The translations under genes were made by a program, and so were the position numbers. From a virus (taxonomy: Duplodnaviria; Caudoviricetes), in the IMG/VR virus record IMGVR_UViG_3300002220_000029, positions 1 through 64,000 of that record: DNA of 64,000 nucleotides; one strand, 5' to 3'. Of the stretch, positions 45,683 to 56,200 are shown one piece after another; positions within the stretch are counted from its first letter, which is position 1; each line of letters starts with the position of its first letter. The notes under the pieces were generated by a model, which ran no database searches, had not been told where the DNA came from, and saw only the letters and a program-made list of their open reading frames with translations.

Positions 45683-46156
45683 ATGTTAGTGGATGTAAAA
45701 GAAATTAAATTTAAAGAGTTAGCAGCGGCAGTGAAGGTCTTAAATGATAGTGGATTGTTGGTTAAAACAATCGCCACAGTTGGCGTGACCAAAGAAGCTA
45801 TCGTTAAGGCTTTTGTTGAAGGCGTTCAGTCGGTTCCCGATGACCAGGATGGAAATTGGACTGGTCCAGAAGAAGTGGCCGATTATTACAGTAAGATTGT
45901 GATTCCTGATCCTGGAATCGAGACGGGCAAGAAAGAGAAAGTTCCAAAAGAAAAGAAAGAGAAAGTTCCAAAACAGAAAGGAGAGAAGAGTAAATCTTCG
46001 TTGGAAGTAATGAAAGAGCTTATTGCCAACAAAGCTTCCGATGCCGAGATTACCAAGGTGTTCACAGAGAAGTTGACCAAGAAGGATCCGAAACTTTCGG
46101 CAGATTTCATTGCCAAGAGAATCAAGATTTACAAAGGTTTAGCTGCAAAAGGGTAA
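45683..46156 (+). CDS. Lys/Glu-rich hypothetical protein
   Basis: Has its own TATAAT (45623) and an AAGGAG RBS, with KEKVPK repeats. Confidence 0.6.
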   Translation: MLVDVKEIKFKELAAAVKVLNDSGLLVKTIATVGVTKEAIVKAFVEGVQSVPDDQDGNWTGPEEVADYYSKIVIPDPGIETGKKEKVPKEKKEKVPKQKGEKSKSSLEVMKELIANKASDAEITKVFTEKLTKKDPKLSADFIAKRIKIYKGLAAKG

Positions 46157-46178
46157 TCTTTCTCTTGCCCAGGCGCCC

Positions 46179-46208
46179 TTGGGAGGGATTATTGCCAATC
46201 CCTCCCAA
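46179..46208 (+). terminator. 12-bp stem-loop upstream of queD (terminator or processing site)
   Basis: Sequence TTGGGAGGGATT-ATTGCC-AATCCCTCCCAA with only a weak U-tract. Confidence 0.5.
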
Positions 46209-46232
46209 TTGAATTTATAGAAAGGAGGCTTT

Positions 46233-46610
46233 ATGATTTCAATCTGTAGACGTTTCGAATTTCATGCTGCTCATTATCTTCCGAATCATGAAGGAAAATG
46301 TAAAGATATTCATGGTCATTCATACATTCTGGAAGTAGAAGTGATAGGAATGATTCACACTGAAGGTCCCGCTACTGGGATGATTATGGATTTTAGCAAG
46401 TTAAAGAAGATTGTTCATGATTCTGTTTTAGAGAAGATTGATCATAAGAATTTGAATGATATCTGGGATAATCCAACTGCCGAGAATATGGTCGTGGATA
46501 TCTCCCGTTGGATTGAGCCACATCTGCCCGGATGGGTTACGGTTAATAGAATTCGTTTATGGGAAACCAGTAATTCTTACGCAGAATGGAGGATAGAATG
46601 GGGTCAGTGA
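46233..46610 (+). CDS. queD: 6-carboxy-5,6,7,8-tetrahydropterin synthase
   Basis: Motifs FHAAH, C..IHGHSY, DH..LN, NPTAEN and WET. Confidence 0.93.
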   Translation: MISICRRFEFHAAHYLPNHEGKCKDIHGHSYILEVEVIGMIHTEGPATGMIMDFSKLKKIVHDSVLEKIDHKNLNDIWDNPTAENMVVDISRWIEPHLPGWVTVNRIRLWETSNSYAEWRIEWGQ

Positions 46611-47035
46611 AATCAAAAGAACAAATCGGGCCAAAGCTTTTTATCAATGGTATTGAATTGTCAGATCGTTGTCCTCATGAAATAGTAGAAATATTATTTT
46701 TGTGTATCAATTTTACATACTCATCTCTTGAGGCGATCCGAGCAAATCTGGAAGAATTGTTTGCTATGGCTGATGAATATTTAATCGACAGAAGGAAGTG
46801 GTCTGCTGATAAAAAAGATCGAACCGACTGCTCCCGCCTCTTGAGACAGATCAATATTTGGAAAGTGAAATGGAAGAGATTACCTAAAGAAGGTTTGATG
46901 AGTGCTTACTGGGATTTTATTTTGAGGAATCAAAAGCTTGCGTTGTTACCTGGATTTGGTGTGGCTACCAATTTTGGTGATGTATTGAGAGTCAATCCCG
47001 AAAAGACGTCGCTTCATTCTATGGTTAAAACCTAA
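46598..47035 (+). CDS. Hypothetical protein inside the deazaguanine cluster
   Basis: 145-aa ORF overlapping the queD stop. Confidence 0.6.
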   Translation: MGSVKSKEQIGPKLFINGIELSDRCPHEIVEILFLCINFTYSSLEAIRANLEELFAMADEYLIDRRKWSADKKDRTDCSRLLRQINIWKVKWKRLPKEGLMSAYWDFILRNQKLALLPGFGVATNFGDVLRVNPEKTSLHSMVKT

Positions 47036-47048
47036 TAGGAGAAATGGT

Positions 47049-47705
47049 ATGAAAATTCATTCTATTTTCAAATCAATCAACGGTGAAATTTGTTCAGAGC
47101 ACCAAGGCAGTCTAACAGCCTTTGTTCGTACTTTTGGCTGTAACAGTCGGTGTAGTTATTGCGACACACCATACAGTTACGCAGAAGGAGGAACTTATTC
47201 TGAGATGACTGTCAATCAAATTGTCCAAGAGGTTCTTGATTTGGCGGTTAAGAATGTTACCATAACAGGTGGAGAACCATTATTGCAAAAAGGAACCATC
47301 AATCTTATCAAACAGCTTAAATTGAAACGCCTTCATGTGTCTGTTGAAACAAATGGATCAAAGTTTATACCTAAGATAGAAGGCGTATCGTGGGTGGCAG
47401 ATTATAAATTGCCATCTTCTGGTGCTGGACATTTGATGAGAATCAAGAATTACATCAATCTGTCCAGTCGTGATTATGTAAAGTTTGTCGTGTCAGATAG
47501 GCACGATTTTGATACAGCTCTCGAAATCATTCTCAGTATTTTTGTTGTGGTGAATTTCCTTGCAAGACCTAAATTTGCATTTTCTCCTGTATGGGGATCT
47601 CTGGCTCCAGAGACTCTTGCACAATGGATGATTGATAGTGAGTTTTTGTGTCGTCTTGGAGCTATTTATAATCTACAGATTCATAAGATCTTGAAGGTAT
47701 TATAA
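47049..47705 (+). CDS. queE: 7-carboxy-7-deazaguanine synthase (radical SAM)
   Basis: Motifs IFKSINGE, GCNSRCSYCDT, ITGGEPL, VETNG and LQIHK. Confidence 0.93.
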   Translation: MKIHSIFKSINGEICSEHQGSLTAFVRTFGCNSRCSYCDTPYSYAEGGTYSEMTVNQIVQEVLDLAVKNVTITGGEPLLQKGTINLIKQLKLKRLHVSVETNGSKFIPKIEGVSWVADYKLPSSGAGHLMRIKNYINLSSRDYVKFVVSDRHDFDTALEIILSIFVVVNFLARPKFAFSPVWGSLAPETLAQWMIDSEFLCRLGAIYNLQIHKILKVL

Positions 47706-47767
47706 AATAATTGCCTCTGAATTTTAAATCCCTTCTATAATAGCTATAATAGAGTAGGAGAAAATAA

Positions 47768-48352
47768 ATGTTGAAAAAATCTCGAGAAGTCGTCCAGGCA
47801 GAACAGAATGTTAGAGAGCTTTTAGCCTTCATTGGGGAAGATCCTGATCGCCCAGGGTTAGTAGATACCCCCAGTCGTGTGGTTAAAATGTATCAAGAAT
47901 TTTTCTGCGGGTATGACCGTAAAAGGCGGCCCAAGATGACCATATTCAAAAATCAAGACGACGGGATCATTTATAATGATATGATCTTAGATTCTGGTTT
48001 TTTCTTTTCTTGTTGTGAACATCATATGGCAATTTTTTTTGGTAGTTTTCATTGTGCATATATCCCTGATAAACATATCATTGGATTGAGCAAGATAGAC
48101 CGAATTGTTGATTATTATTCGGGTAGGCTTCAAGTGGCGGAGCGGTTGGTGCACCAAATTGTGGATGATTTACAGGAGGTATTAAATCCAAAAGGCCTTA
48201 TTCTGGTTATGAATGCCCGTCATCTTTGTAAGGAAATGCGTGGAGTCAAAAAAATTAACAGTCCTGCAGAAGTGATTGCTGTCAGAGGCGCTTTTGCTAC
48301 AAATCTTAATGGATGTAAAGACGAATTCATGTCCAGAATTCAAGGGAGGTAA
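47768..48352 (+). CDS. folE: GTP cyclohydrolase I
   Basis: Motifs GLVDTPSRV, CEHH, GLSK, RLQV.ERL and HLC..MRG. Confidence 0.95.
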   Translation: MLKKSREVVQAEQNVRELLAFIGEDPDRPGLVDTPSRVVKMYQEFFCGYDRKRRPKMTIFKNQDDGIIYNDMILDSGFFFSCCEHHMAIFFGSFHCAYIPDKHIIGLSKIDRIVDYYSGRLQVAERLVHQIVDDLQEVLNPKGLILVMNARHLCKEMRGVKKINSPAEVIAVRGAFATNLNGCKDEFMSRIQGR

Positions 48353-48354
48353 CT

Positions 48355-48702
48355 ATGGACCAGATAGTAGCAAATTACAAAAGATTCATCGTAATCAGGA
48401 CCAGCTTTGAGGCGTTGCATCGTTGGCCCGAATGTCCTTTTGAGGACGTTTCTTTTCTAAGGGATGCTCATCGTCATATTTTTCATGTGGAAGTTCAGGT
48501 GGAGACTTCAATGGATCGGCAGATTGAATTTATCAGATTCAAACGCAAGGTAGACAAGTATATCAAGAAGGAGTTCGCAGGGAAGAATCTGGGATCTCTT
48601 TCTTGCGAAGCGATTGCCGAAGTCCTGTGCTACCGCATGGATGCTAAACGGGTATCGGTTTTTGAGGACAATGAAAATGGGGCGATTTATGAAAGGGCAT
48701 GA
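48355..48702 (+). CDS. dpdL: QueD-paralog T-fold protein, DpdL-like (predicted CDG decarboxylase)
   Basis: Contains HRWP, FLRDAHRHIF (LxxxHRHxF), SCE and EDNENGA. Confidence 0.65.
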   Translation: MDQIVANYKRFIVIRTSFEALHRWPECPFEDVSFLRDAHRHIFHVEVQVETSMDRQIEFIRFKRKVDKYIKKEFAGKNLGSLSCEAIAEVLCYRMDAKRVSVFEDNENGAIYERA

Positions 48703-49996
48703 TTTTGTAATAATTGATCCATCCAGTCCTGAATTCAACAGAGGTTCATTCTGCTATCTTCCCTTCATTTTATTTTCCGCACTAAAGGCTCAAGGAATAG
48801 ATGTAATTCTGTTAGAAGATTTTTCTTGTGCTGATATCGATACAGTGCCAGAGGCCAACAATTATTTGGTAGGTCTTTGGTCATATCCTCAGATTGATGC
48901 TTGTTTGGTTTTGAATAGATTTTTGCCCAAGAAACCATTGTTCTTTGGCTATTATCCACTTATTCGCGACTTGAAATTAGGCGAATATCTTGTAAGTAAT
49001 ATGCAGATTGAAATAGGGATAGTCAACTATGTCCAGTATTATGAAGGATTTGAAAGGATCTTGTTGTCTGATTGTGACATGCATTTGACCAAATATGAAG
49101 GGACAGTTTATCCTTTATTTACTTCATATGGTTGCAACAATCGTTGCAAATTCTGTCCAGTATCTGTCAATTGTAACAGTCATCGCGTAGTAGTGCCTCT
49201 TGAAAGCGTGCGAATGGTTTTGGATTTTTGTGGTAGTAAAGGTTATAAAAATATTCATTTCACTGATGAGGATTTCTTTTTTGATATTGATCGGGCCGAG
49301 CAGATTTTGAGATATACTCAAGGTAAAGATTTTAATTATATTGCTCTGGGAAGTGTTTATACTGTATCTAAATTCATTGAGAAATTTGGCACTGATATTT
49401 TTGACGAGACTGGAATGCGGCTGATTGAGATCGGGCTGGAGACGGCTGATTCTGTATTAAATAAAAAGATGGGCAAGGGAGGACGAGATAAATATTCTGC
49501 TTTAGCAGAGCAGACTAAAGGCAAGGTCGATATTTTTTGGCTTACCATGACTTTCTTTCCTGGGGAAACCATTGCTACATTACGTTCGACAGGATTATTT
49601 TTGGAAAAGTATGGGTTTCAATTAGAGGAATTGTATGGTAGGATTCAGACCAATTCCACGTCAGGCGGGTTAGGCCAGTTTTATCAATCTTACATTGGGA
49701 CACCAGAAAATGAAAATATTGAAGACAAAGGCATAGTTTTGTCTGAGAGGCCAGTGAGACTGATCCCCAGTTTTGTACCGTATACTTTTTTGGGATGTCG
49801 AATTACGAAATGGCGAATGATCAGGGAAGATGAAAAGAAGTGGTTTGAGTTGTATAGGATTCCTGAAAAGCTGGTCCATGTAAAAATTTCTTTGAATACC
49901 ATTGCACAAACTATCGAAATGTTAAAAGGCATATATAATGTAAATGACATTGTAACTTTTTTAGCTATCTCAGCCCGTTTAGGAGTTATTGAATGA
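48689..49996 (+). CDS. B12-binding-like (class B-type) radical SAM enzyme
   Basis: TSYGCNNRCKFC (CxxxCxxC), HFTDEDF, IGLET and MGK motifs, with a degenerate N-terminal cobalamin-domain-like segment. Confidence 0.8.
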   Translation: MKGHDFVIIDPSSPEFNRGSFCYLPFILFSALKAQGIDVILLEDFSCADIDTVPEANNYLVGLWSYPQIDACLVLNRFLPKKPLFFGYYPLIRDLKLGEYLVSNMQIEIGIVNYVQYYEGFERILLSDCDMHLTKYEGTVYPLFTSYGCNNRCKFCPVSVNCNSHRVVVPLESVRMVLDFCGSKGYKNIHFTDEDFFFDIDRAEQILRYTQGKDFNYIALGSVYTVSKFIEKFGTDIFDETGMRLIEIGLETADSVLNKKMGKGGRDKYSALAEQTKGKVDIFWLTMTFFPGETIATLRSTGLFLEKYGFQLEELYGRIQTNSTSGGLGQFYQSYIGTPENENIEDKGIVLSERPVRLIPSFVPYTFLGCRITKWRMIREDEKKWFELYRIPEKLVHVKISLNTIAQTIEMLKGIYNVNDIVTFLAISARLGVIE

Positions 49997-50994
49997 GAAT
50001 AATTAATGTGCCAATTGAAAGTTTGGAAGAACGTTATTCTGCTCAATGGAATAAATGGTTCCCAGAAGCCTTTACCGATATGAGAATCAATTTTGTTAAC
50101 ATCTATCCCGATACGCTCTCTGACCATATTAAGGATGGTTCTTTCTTAGATGTTTGTGGCACCAATTATTTTAAGGCTGGCCAATTAAAAATATTGACCA
50201 AAATGTTATTCCAAGACGAGATTGAGAAGGATGATGTTATCTTTTTTCATGATCTTTGGTGTCCAGGCATAGAAATGCTTCAATACATCAGACAAGGAAA
50301 GAAATTGAATTTTAAGATCTGTGGCATTCTCCATGCAGGGACGTATGATCCTTACGATTTCCTGGCCAAACAAGGCATGGCTTCTTGGGGTGGTCCTCTT
50401 GAAGAAGTTTGGTTTAGTTTTATTGATCAAATCTATGTGGCAACAGAATTTCATAAAAATCTTATTTGGCATAAAAGAAAAATTGATTTTGATAAGATCA
50501 AAGTGACAGGATTACCAATTTACAATAATCAATATCCTGATATGATGAGGAAAGAAAATATTGTTGTATTCCCTCACAGGCTTGATTCGGAGAAGAATCC
50601 ACAGTTGTTTGATCGATTGTCAATCGATGCAACTACAGAAGGTTGGCAATTTATTAAAACCAAAGAAGTGTGTAAGACAAAAAAAGATTACTTTAAACTT
50701 TTGAACCGGGCTAAAATAGCAGTGTCATTCGCTGATCAGGAAACATGGGGCATTGCTCAGCAAGAGGCGTTATTTGCTAAATGTTTTCCTGTAGTGCCTA
50801 ATCGGCTCAGTTATTCAGAAATGTATAGAAGGAGTTTTAGATATTCTTCTTTTGAAGAGGCTGTTCATTTGGTCAAGAAATTGATGGAGCCTAACAGCGA
50901 AGATTTTGATCAACTATCTTATAATAGAGATGAGTTGCTCAGACGTGGCGATTTAGCTATACTAAACATTGTAAATGAAATGGAGAAATTATGA
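49993..50994 (+). CDS. GT-B fold (GT4-like) glycosyltransferase
   Basis: Contains VVFPHRLDSEKNP, QETWGIAQQEA (E-x7-E) and VVPNRLSY.E. Confidence 0.85.
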   Translation: MRIINVPIESLEERYSAQWNKWFPEAFTDMRINFVNIYPDTLSDHIKDGSFLDVCGTNYFKAGQLKILTKMLFQDEIEKDDVIFFHDLWCPGIEMLQYIRQGKKLNFKICGILHAGTYDPYDFLAKQGMASWGGPLEEVWFSFIDQIYVATEFHKNLIWHKRKIDFDKIKVTGLPIYNNQYPDMMRKENIVVFPHRLDSEKNPQLFDRLSIDATTEGWQFIKTKEVCKTKKDYFKLLNRAKIAVSFADQETWGIAQQEALFAKCFPVVPNRLSYSEMYRRSFRYSSFEEAVHLVKKLMEPNSEDFDQLSYNRDELLRRGDLAILNIVNEMEKL

Positions 50995-51986
50995 ATCTGA
51001 TGTTGGACAGTGGTTCGCCAAGCCTTTACAACACCTTGGTTAGAAAAAAGAAAACCAAAGGTATCATGGGGGCTTTTCTAAAAGATAGAGTAGAATTTGA
51101 TAATGAAGGAAAAAGGGTTAGTGCTGATACATTCGAATTTTTAGAAACAGAGAAGTATTTGATATACAAAGAGGAATACATTGCCTTCCTTTTGAAAAAT
51201 CAGCAGTATTTTGATGTCTATGTAAATCTCGATATCATTAACAATGCACAGGCGACTTGGGATAATCAACAAGAGATGGAGTCTTATGGGCTGAAGCCTA
51301 TTCCAGTATTTCATTTTGGGTCTGACATAAAGTGGTTGCATATGTATCTTGAGAAGGGCTACAAGTATATTGCTATGGGAGGCTTCATTCCAAACCCCGT
51401 AGCGGTGTTACAGCCAATTTTAGATGATCTGTGGGCGAATATTTTATGCGATAAAGAAGGGATTCCAAAGGTAAAGGTCCACGGTTTTGCTGTTACGTCG
51501 GCCAGGCTTGTTGCTCGTTATCCGTGGTGGAGTGTTGATAGTACCAGTTGGGCCAAGATTGGAATTTATGGAGCCATTACTGTTCCAAGGCATAAAAATG
51601 GTCAGTGGGTTTATGATGGTACTCCTCATGTTGTTTTTACATCCAATAAGAGCAAGGCTCAGAATGAGATTAATGGTAAACATATCAATACTGTCACTTC
51701 TGTTGAGAGAGAATATATTTTGGCATTTCTGAAAGAAAATGGTGTTGCCTTAGGTAAGTCTTCTTTCAAAACAGAGAGTAAGTTTAGCGGGTATGTGCCA
51801 AAGGCAAATGAGCGATGGGTTGATTTGAAAACCAAAGACGAGATTGAGATTATTGAAGAGCAAGGTGTGTGCAACCAGTTTGAGTTAAGAAATAAGATCA
51901 ATCTTTTATTTTTTATTAACCTTCAAAAAAATCTTCCGGAGTGGCCTTGGGCTTTCAAACGGACAGTGAAAGGATTTGGACTATGA
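50991..51986 (+). CDS. dpdA: DpdA-like DNA 7-deazaguanine transglycosylase
   Basis: TGT-barrel motifs LDSG, NLD, PVFH, IAMGG, HGF and SVDSTSW, located in a folE/queD/queE cluster. Confidence 0.8.
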   Translation: MNLMLDSGSPSLYNTLVRKKKTKGIMGAFLKDRVEFDNEGKRVSADTFEFLETEKYLIYKEEYIAFLLKNQQYFDVYVNLDIINNAQATWDNQQEMESYGLKPIPVFHFGSDIKWLHMYLEKGYKYIAMGGFIPNPVAVLQPILDDLWANILCDKEGIPKVKVHGFAVTSARLVARYPWWSVDSTSWAKIGIYGAITVPRHKNGQWVYDGTPHVVFTSNKSKAQNEINGKHINTVTSVEREYILAFLKENGVALGKSSFKTESKFSGYVPKANERWVDLKTKDEIEIIEEQGVCNQFELRNKINLLFFINLQKNLPEWPWAFKRTVKGFGL

Positions 51987-52189
51987 AACTTTATATTGCT
52001 GGAGAGAATCCTCATGGCGTTAACCCAAATACGCCAAGAGAGAGATGTGATAATGACATTCACGATTTTATTGAGAGCCAGGGAATAGAAATGAATCGGC
52101 TTGTTTCTTTCTTTTACAAAGGATCGGTCCTGAGAAATATTAAATTGAAAAAAGAATTGGAGGATGAGCGTGAAAATACAAAAAGCTGA
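51983..52189 (+). CDS. 68-aa protein resembling the N-terminal strands of DpdA-type barrels
   Basis: Sequence MKLYIAG...RLVSFFY, translationally coupled to dpdA (ATGA overlap). Confidence 0.45.
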   Translation: MKLYIAGENPHGVNPNTPRERCDNDIHDFIESQGIEMNRLVSFFYKGSVLRNIKLKKELEDERENTKS

Positions 52190-53192
52190 GTTACAGAGGA
52201 TTTTGGAAAATCTCCGGCCTGGACTTGCCAAAAGGGATATTGTTAGTAAACTATCTGATTTTACTTTTTTAGGAGACAGGATTTGCGCCTTTAATGATCA
52301 AATATCCATTAGTCATCCTTTTGAATCGGAGTTTGAATGTTCGGTTGATGGCCAAAATTTTTATTCAGTTATTGTGAATATTCCTGAAGGCAACATTGAT
52401 TTGACATTGGCAGAATCAAAGTTAATTATCAAAGGAGAGAAGGCAAAGGCATCTCTTGTAACTTCTGAAGGCGGTGGTGTTCTTGGTAAGATTAAAGTGC
52501 CCAGAATAAAATCGAAGAAGTGGAAGGATTTACCAGAGATGTTTACGAAAGGGGTTAAACTTTGTTCATTCAGTGTTTCCACTGATTTGACAAGGCCGGC
52601 TTTAACATGTATTGCTGTTCAGGGCGATAAGATTTTTTCTGCTGACAATCTCAGAATTAGTAAATTTTTACTGTCCACCCCAGTTGGCGATGATTTTTTG
52701 ATTACTGGAGTATCAGCGGTCATCTTGGCCAAATATCCTGTGACTCAGTATTTAAAAGATGATAGTTGGGTTCATTTTAAGACTGAAGGAGACATCATTT
52801 TTTCTTGTCGAGTTATTGTTGATGTTTTTCCTGATGTGAGCGAGTATTTCAAGGTGGATGGCGTGTCTTTTGCCTTGCCAGCCGAGTTAAAGAATGTTGT
52901 TGATTCTGTTTCGGTCGTCGCTGACGAAGAATTTGTCGTTGATCAAATTATTTCGGTGTTCCTTTCTAAAAAAGATAAAACTATCGTTTGTTCTGGGCAA
53001 GGTTCTCTCGGATCTTTTGAAAGGTCGTGTTCTTTAGGTGTTCGTATCCAGAGCGATGTAGCATTTAATATTAATCCGTCTTTCTTTTCTGAGGTTTTAT
53101 ACAGCGGGTCCGAGATGACTTTGGGAGATAACCATGCGTTGTTTACGGGCGATTCTTTCGAGCATGTCATGTGTTTACCTTGTAAATCATAG
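52164..53192 (+). CDS. dnaN: DNA polymerase III beta sliding clamp
   Basis: 342 aa, three-domain beta/alpha pattern, with RPALTCI, SADNLRI and FP motifs, next to dnaE. Confidence 0.8.
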   Translation: MSVKIQKAELQRILENLRPGLAKRDIVSKLSDFTFLGDRICAFNDQISISHPFESEFECSVDGQNFYSVIVNIPEGNIDLTLAESKLIIKGEKAKASLVTSEGGGVLGKIKVPRIKSKKWKDLPEMFTKGVKLCSFSVSTDLTRPALTCIAVQGDKIFSADNLRISKFLLSTPVGDDFLITGVSAVILAKYPVTQYLKDDSWVHFKTEGDIIFSCRVIVDVFPDVSEYFKVDGVSFALPAELKNVVDSVSVVADEEFVVDQIISVFLSKKDKTIVCSGQGSLGSFERSCSLGVRIQSDVAFNINPSFFSEVLYSGSEMTLGDNHALFTGDSFEHVMCLPCKS

Positions 53193-53234
53193 GCTAAAAA
53201 ATCAAAAGCCTTTATAATAAGTAGAGGAATTCAA

Positions 53235-56200
53235 ATGGAATTTTGTCATCTCCACGTTCATACAGAAAATTCGCTTTTAGATGGATATGGTAGCGCTAAA
53301 CAGTATCTGTCTAAAGCTAAGGAGTTGGGGTTTCAATATCTTGCTTGTACTGATCATGGGAATCAAGATGGGTTAATTAAGTTTCAAAGAGAGGCAGAGA
53401 AACAAGGCATTAAATCTATCTTAGGCTGTGAATTATATATTGTGCCAGATGCCTCTATCAAAGTGCCTAAAGAATTTAGATTTCATGTAACCGTGTTAGT
53501 TAAAGATAATGATGGTTGGCATAACCTTTGTAAAATATTGACAGAAGCGAATCTGCATGGTTTTTACTATAAGCCAAGGGCAGATTTTGATATGTTGAAA
53601 AAATATAGTAAAGGATTAGTTTTTTTGAGTGGCTGTACCGCCACTGTTTTGACATCTAAGATTGGTCAGGATTTCTTTTGGGAGTTAAATGTCCTGTGTC
53701 CTGGCGATTGTTACTTAGAAGTTATGCCTCATCTGTTTGATGATCAGATGGAAGTCAATAAGATTTGTTGTGAATATGGGTTGCCATTGGTAGCAACAAA
53801 TGATTGTCATTATGTCAATGAAGATGATGGTATGGTGCATGAAGTGTTGTTGGCTATTCAAACTAAAGCTAAGTGGTCTGATAGTTCGCGTTTTCGTTTT
53901 GAAACCAGAGGTTTGTTTCTCCGTTCATCTCAAGAGATGAAAGAAGCTTTTAAACTTCAAGATGTTTTAACTAAATCTCAATATCTTTTGGCAATGAGGA
54001 ACACAGTTGAGATTGCCGAGAAGTGTTCTGATTTTAAGATCCAAAAACAAGATATCTTTTTACCTTCCATATTACAGAAAGGCGAGTCTGAAAATCTTTT
54101 TCTTCGGACACTTTGCGAGAAAGGATACAGAAAAATATTTGGCGAATTGATCGAGAATGATTCTATTTATTATGATCGTTTCCTTGAAGAGTTTAACATG
54201 ATCAAAAAGAAAAAGTTCATTCGATATTTTCTGGTCGTTTGGGAGCTTACTGAATGGTGTAAAAAGAACAATATTATGATTGGACCAGGCCGGGGTTCTG
54301 TGGGCGGCAGTCTTATTGCTTATTTGATTGGTATTACTTCTGTTGATCCAATCAAATATAATTTATTATTTTCTCGTTTCATTGCAGAAGATCGAATTGA
54401 TTATCCGGATATTGATTTGGACTTTGAGGATGTTAAAAGACCACTGATCAGAGGTCATCTTGAAGAGATGTATGGTAAAAATAATATTGCCAGTGTGTCT
54501 ACTTTTATGGATATGAAGGGAAGAGCGGCAATACGTGATGTTGCAAGGGTTTTTGAGATACCGTATGGCGAAGTAGATGAGTTTGCTAAATTTATTGAAG
54601 ATGAAAATGGTGATGGCAGTTCTATTGAAACAGCAGCAAGTGATCATTGGTTTTCTCAAAAGTATCCTGAGGCTGTAAAAATTGCCATTAGATTAGAAGG
54701 ACAGACGAGAGGTGTTGGCCAGCATGCCGCTGCTCTTATTGTGTCTGCTGATGATCTTACGCAAGGAGCCAGGTGTAATCTTTCTGTTCGATCAAATCAA
54801 GAGGTTGTTAACTGGGATAAAGATGATGCCGAATATGTAGGCCTTATGAAATTAGATGTTTTAGGTCTTAATACATTGTCTATTTTAAATGAAACCAAAA
54901 GGCTGGTAAAGGAGAATCATAACAAGGAAATTGTTTTTGAGAAAATCACATTAGATAATCCTCAAGTTTTTGATATGCTGTCAAAAGGACAAACAGTAGG
55001 TGTTTTTCAATTTAATACTTGGCCAACAACTAAGCTTTGTAAAGAGGTTGGTGTTGATAGTTTTGGTTTAATGAGCGATGTCGTCGCTTTAGTTAGGCCT
55101 GGTCCTGCCGACAGTGGGATGACTGCCGATTTTATTAAAAGGAAGCATGGAAAGAAGTGGCTAAAGAAACACAGGATTTATGAACAGATCACACGAGATA
55201 CTTTTGGTATCATTATTTATCAAGAACAAGTAATGCAAGTTATCAGCGAAGTGGCCGGATTGCCATATTCGACGGCTGATAAGATTAGGAAGATTATTGC
55301 AAAGAAAAGAGATGTCAAAGAATTTGAAAAATATAGAGAAATGTTTGTTGATGGCTGTGAAAAAAAAGAGACCTTATCTGAAAAGGAAGCCTTGGAATTC
55401 TGGGAAGCTCTTGAGAAACATGCAAGTTACAGTTTTAATCGTTGTTTGGCGGGAGATACAGTTGTTAACCGAGCATCAGCTGGAAGATTTTGCGGGTTAG
55501 ATGTTACATTGAAAGATTTATATGAAAGTCGGTATTCGAAAACGAGTACAGGCGATAAACTTCGCTGTAGAGGATTGCATCTTCTTCAATGGAAAGAGTT
55601 AGATTCTCGTATTCATACAGGGAAAATGACAAATATCTATGATAGTGGAGTTCAAGAAGTTTGGTTAATTTGTTTAGAATCGGGGAATTCAATCAAGGCA
55701 ACAGACCAACATCGTTTTTTGGCCAAGAGAAGAGAAAAAAATTTATATGTCAAAGTATGTGATTTGAAAATTGGTGATTTGTTAGCTATTAAAGGCCCCA
55801 GAGTAAAGGAAATAATCAAAGCTGCTCTTGATAGTAGACCTTTGAAAACAACATATCGTGGTAGAGGGTTTCAAAAAGGAGAGGATAATGTAGGATACAT
55901 TGATGGAAGAGGAAAATTTCTAAAACCGGCAAGGATAAAGGTTTCTTTAAGAGCGCGCGGCAGATGTGAGGAATGCGGGAAGGAAATAGAAAAAGAATGC
56001 GAATCATGTCATCAGAAAGTAAAAATAGGAAGACCCGAATTTGCTCATGTCAAACTTTTAGATGAACTGAATTATGACCATGAATTATACCATTCTCTTG
56101 AAAATATAATGTATCTTTGTAATTCATGCCACAAGAAAAAAGATTATGAAAAAGGAGAAAGGAAGGTAAGACATTCGGTGGGGAGAATAATAGAATATTC

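Noticed and set aside
46233-48352. queD/queE/folE as auxiliary queuosine-tRNA or folate metabolism genes
   Set aside because: No queC, queF, tgt or queA and no folate genes are present, while a DpdA-like DNA transglycosylase is in the same operon. DNA modification is the simpler reading.
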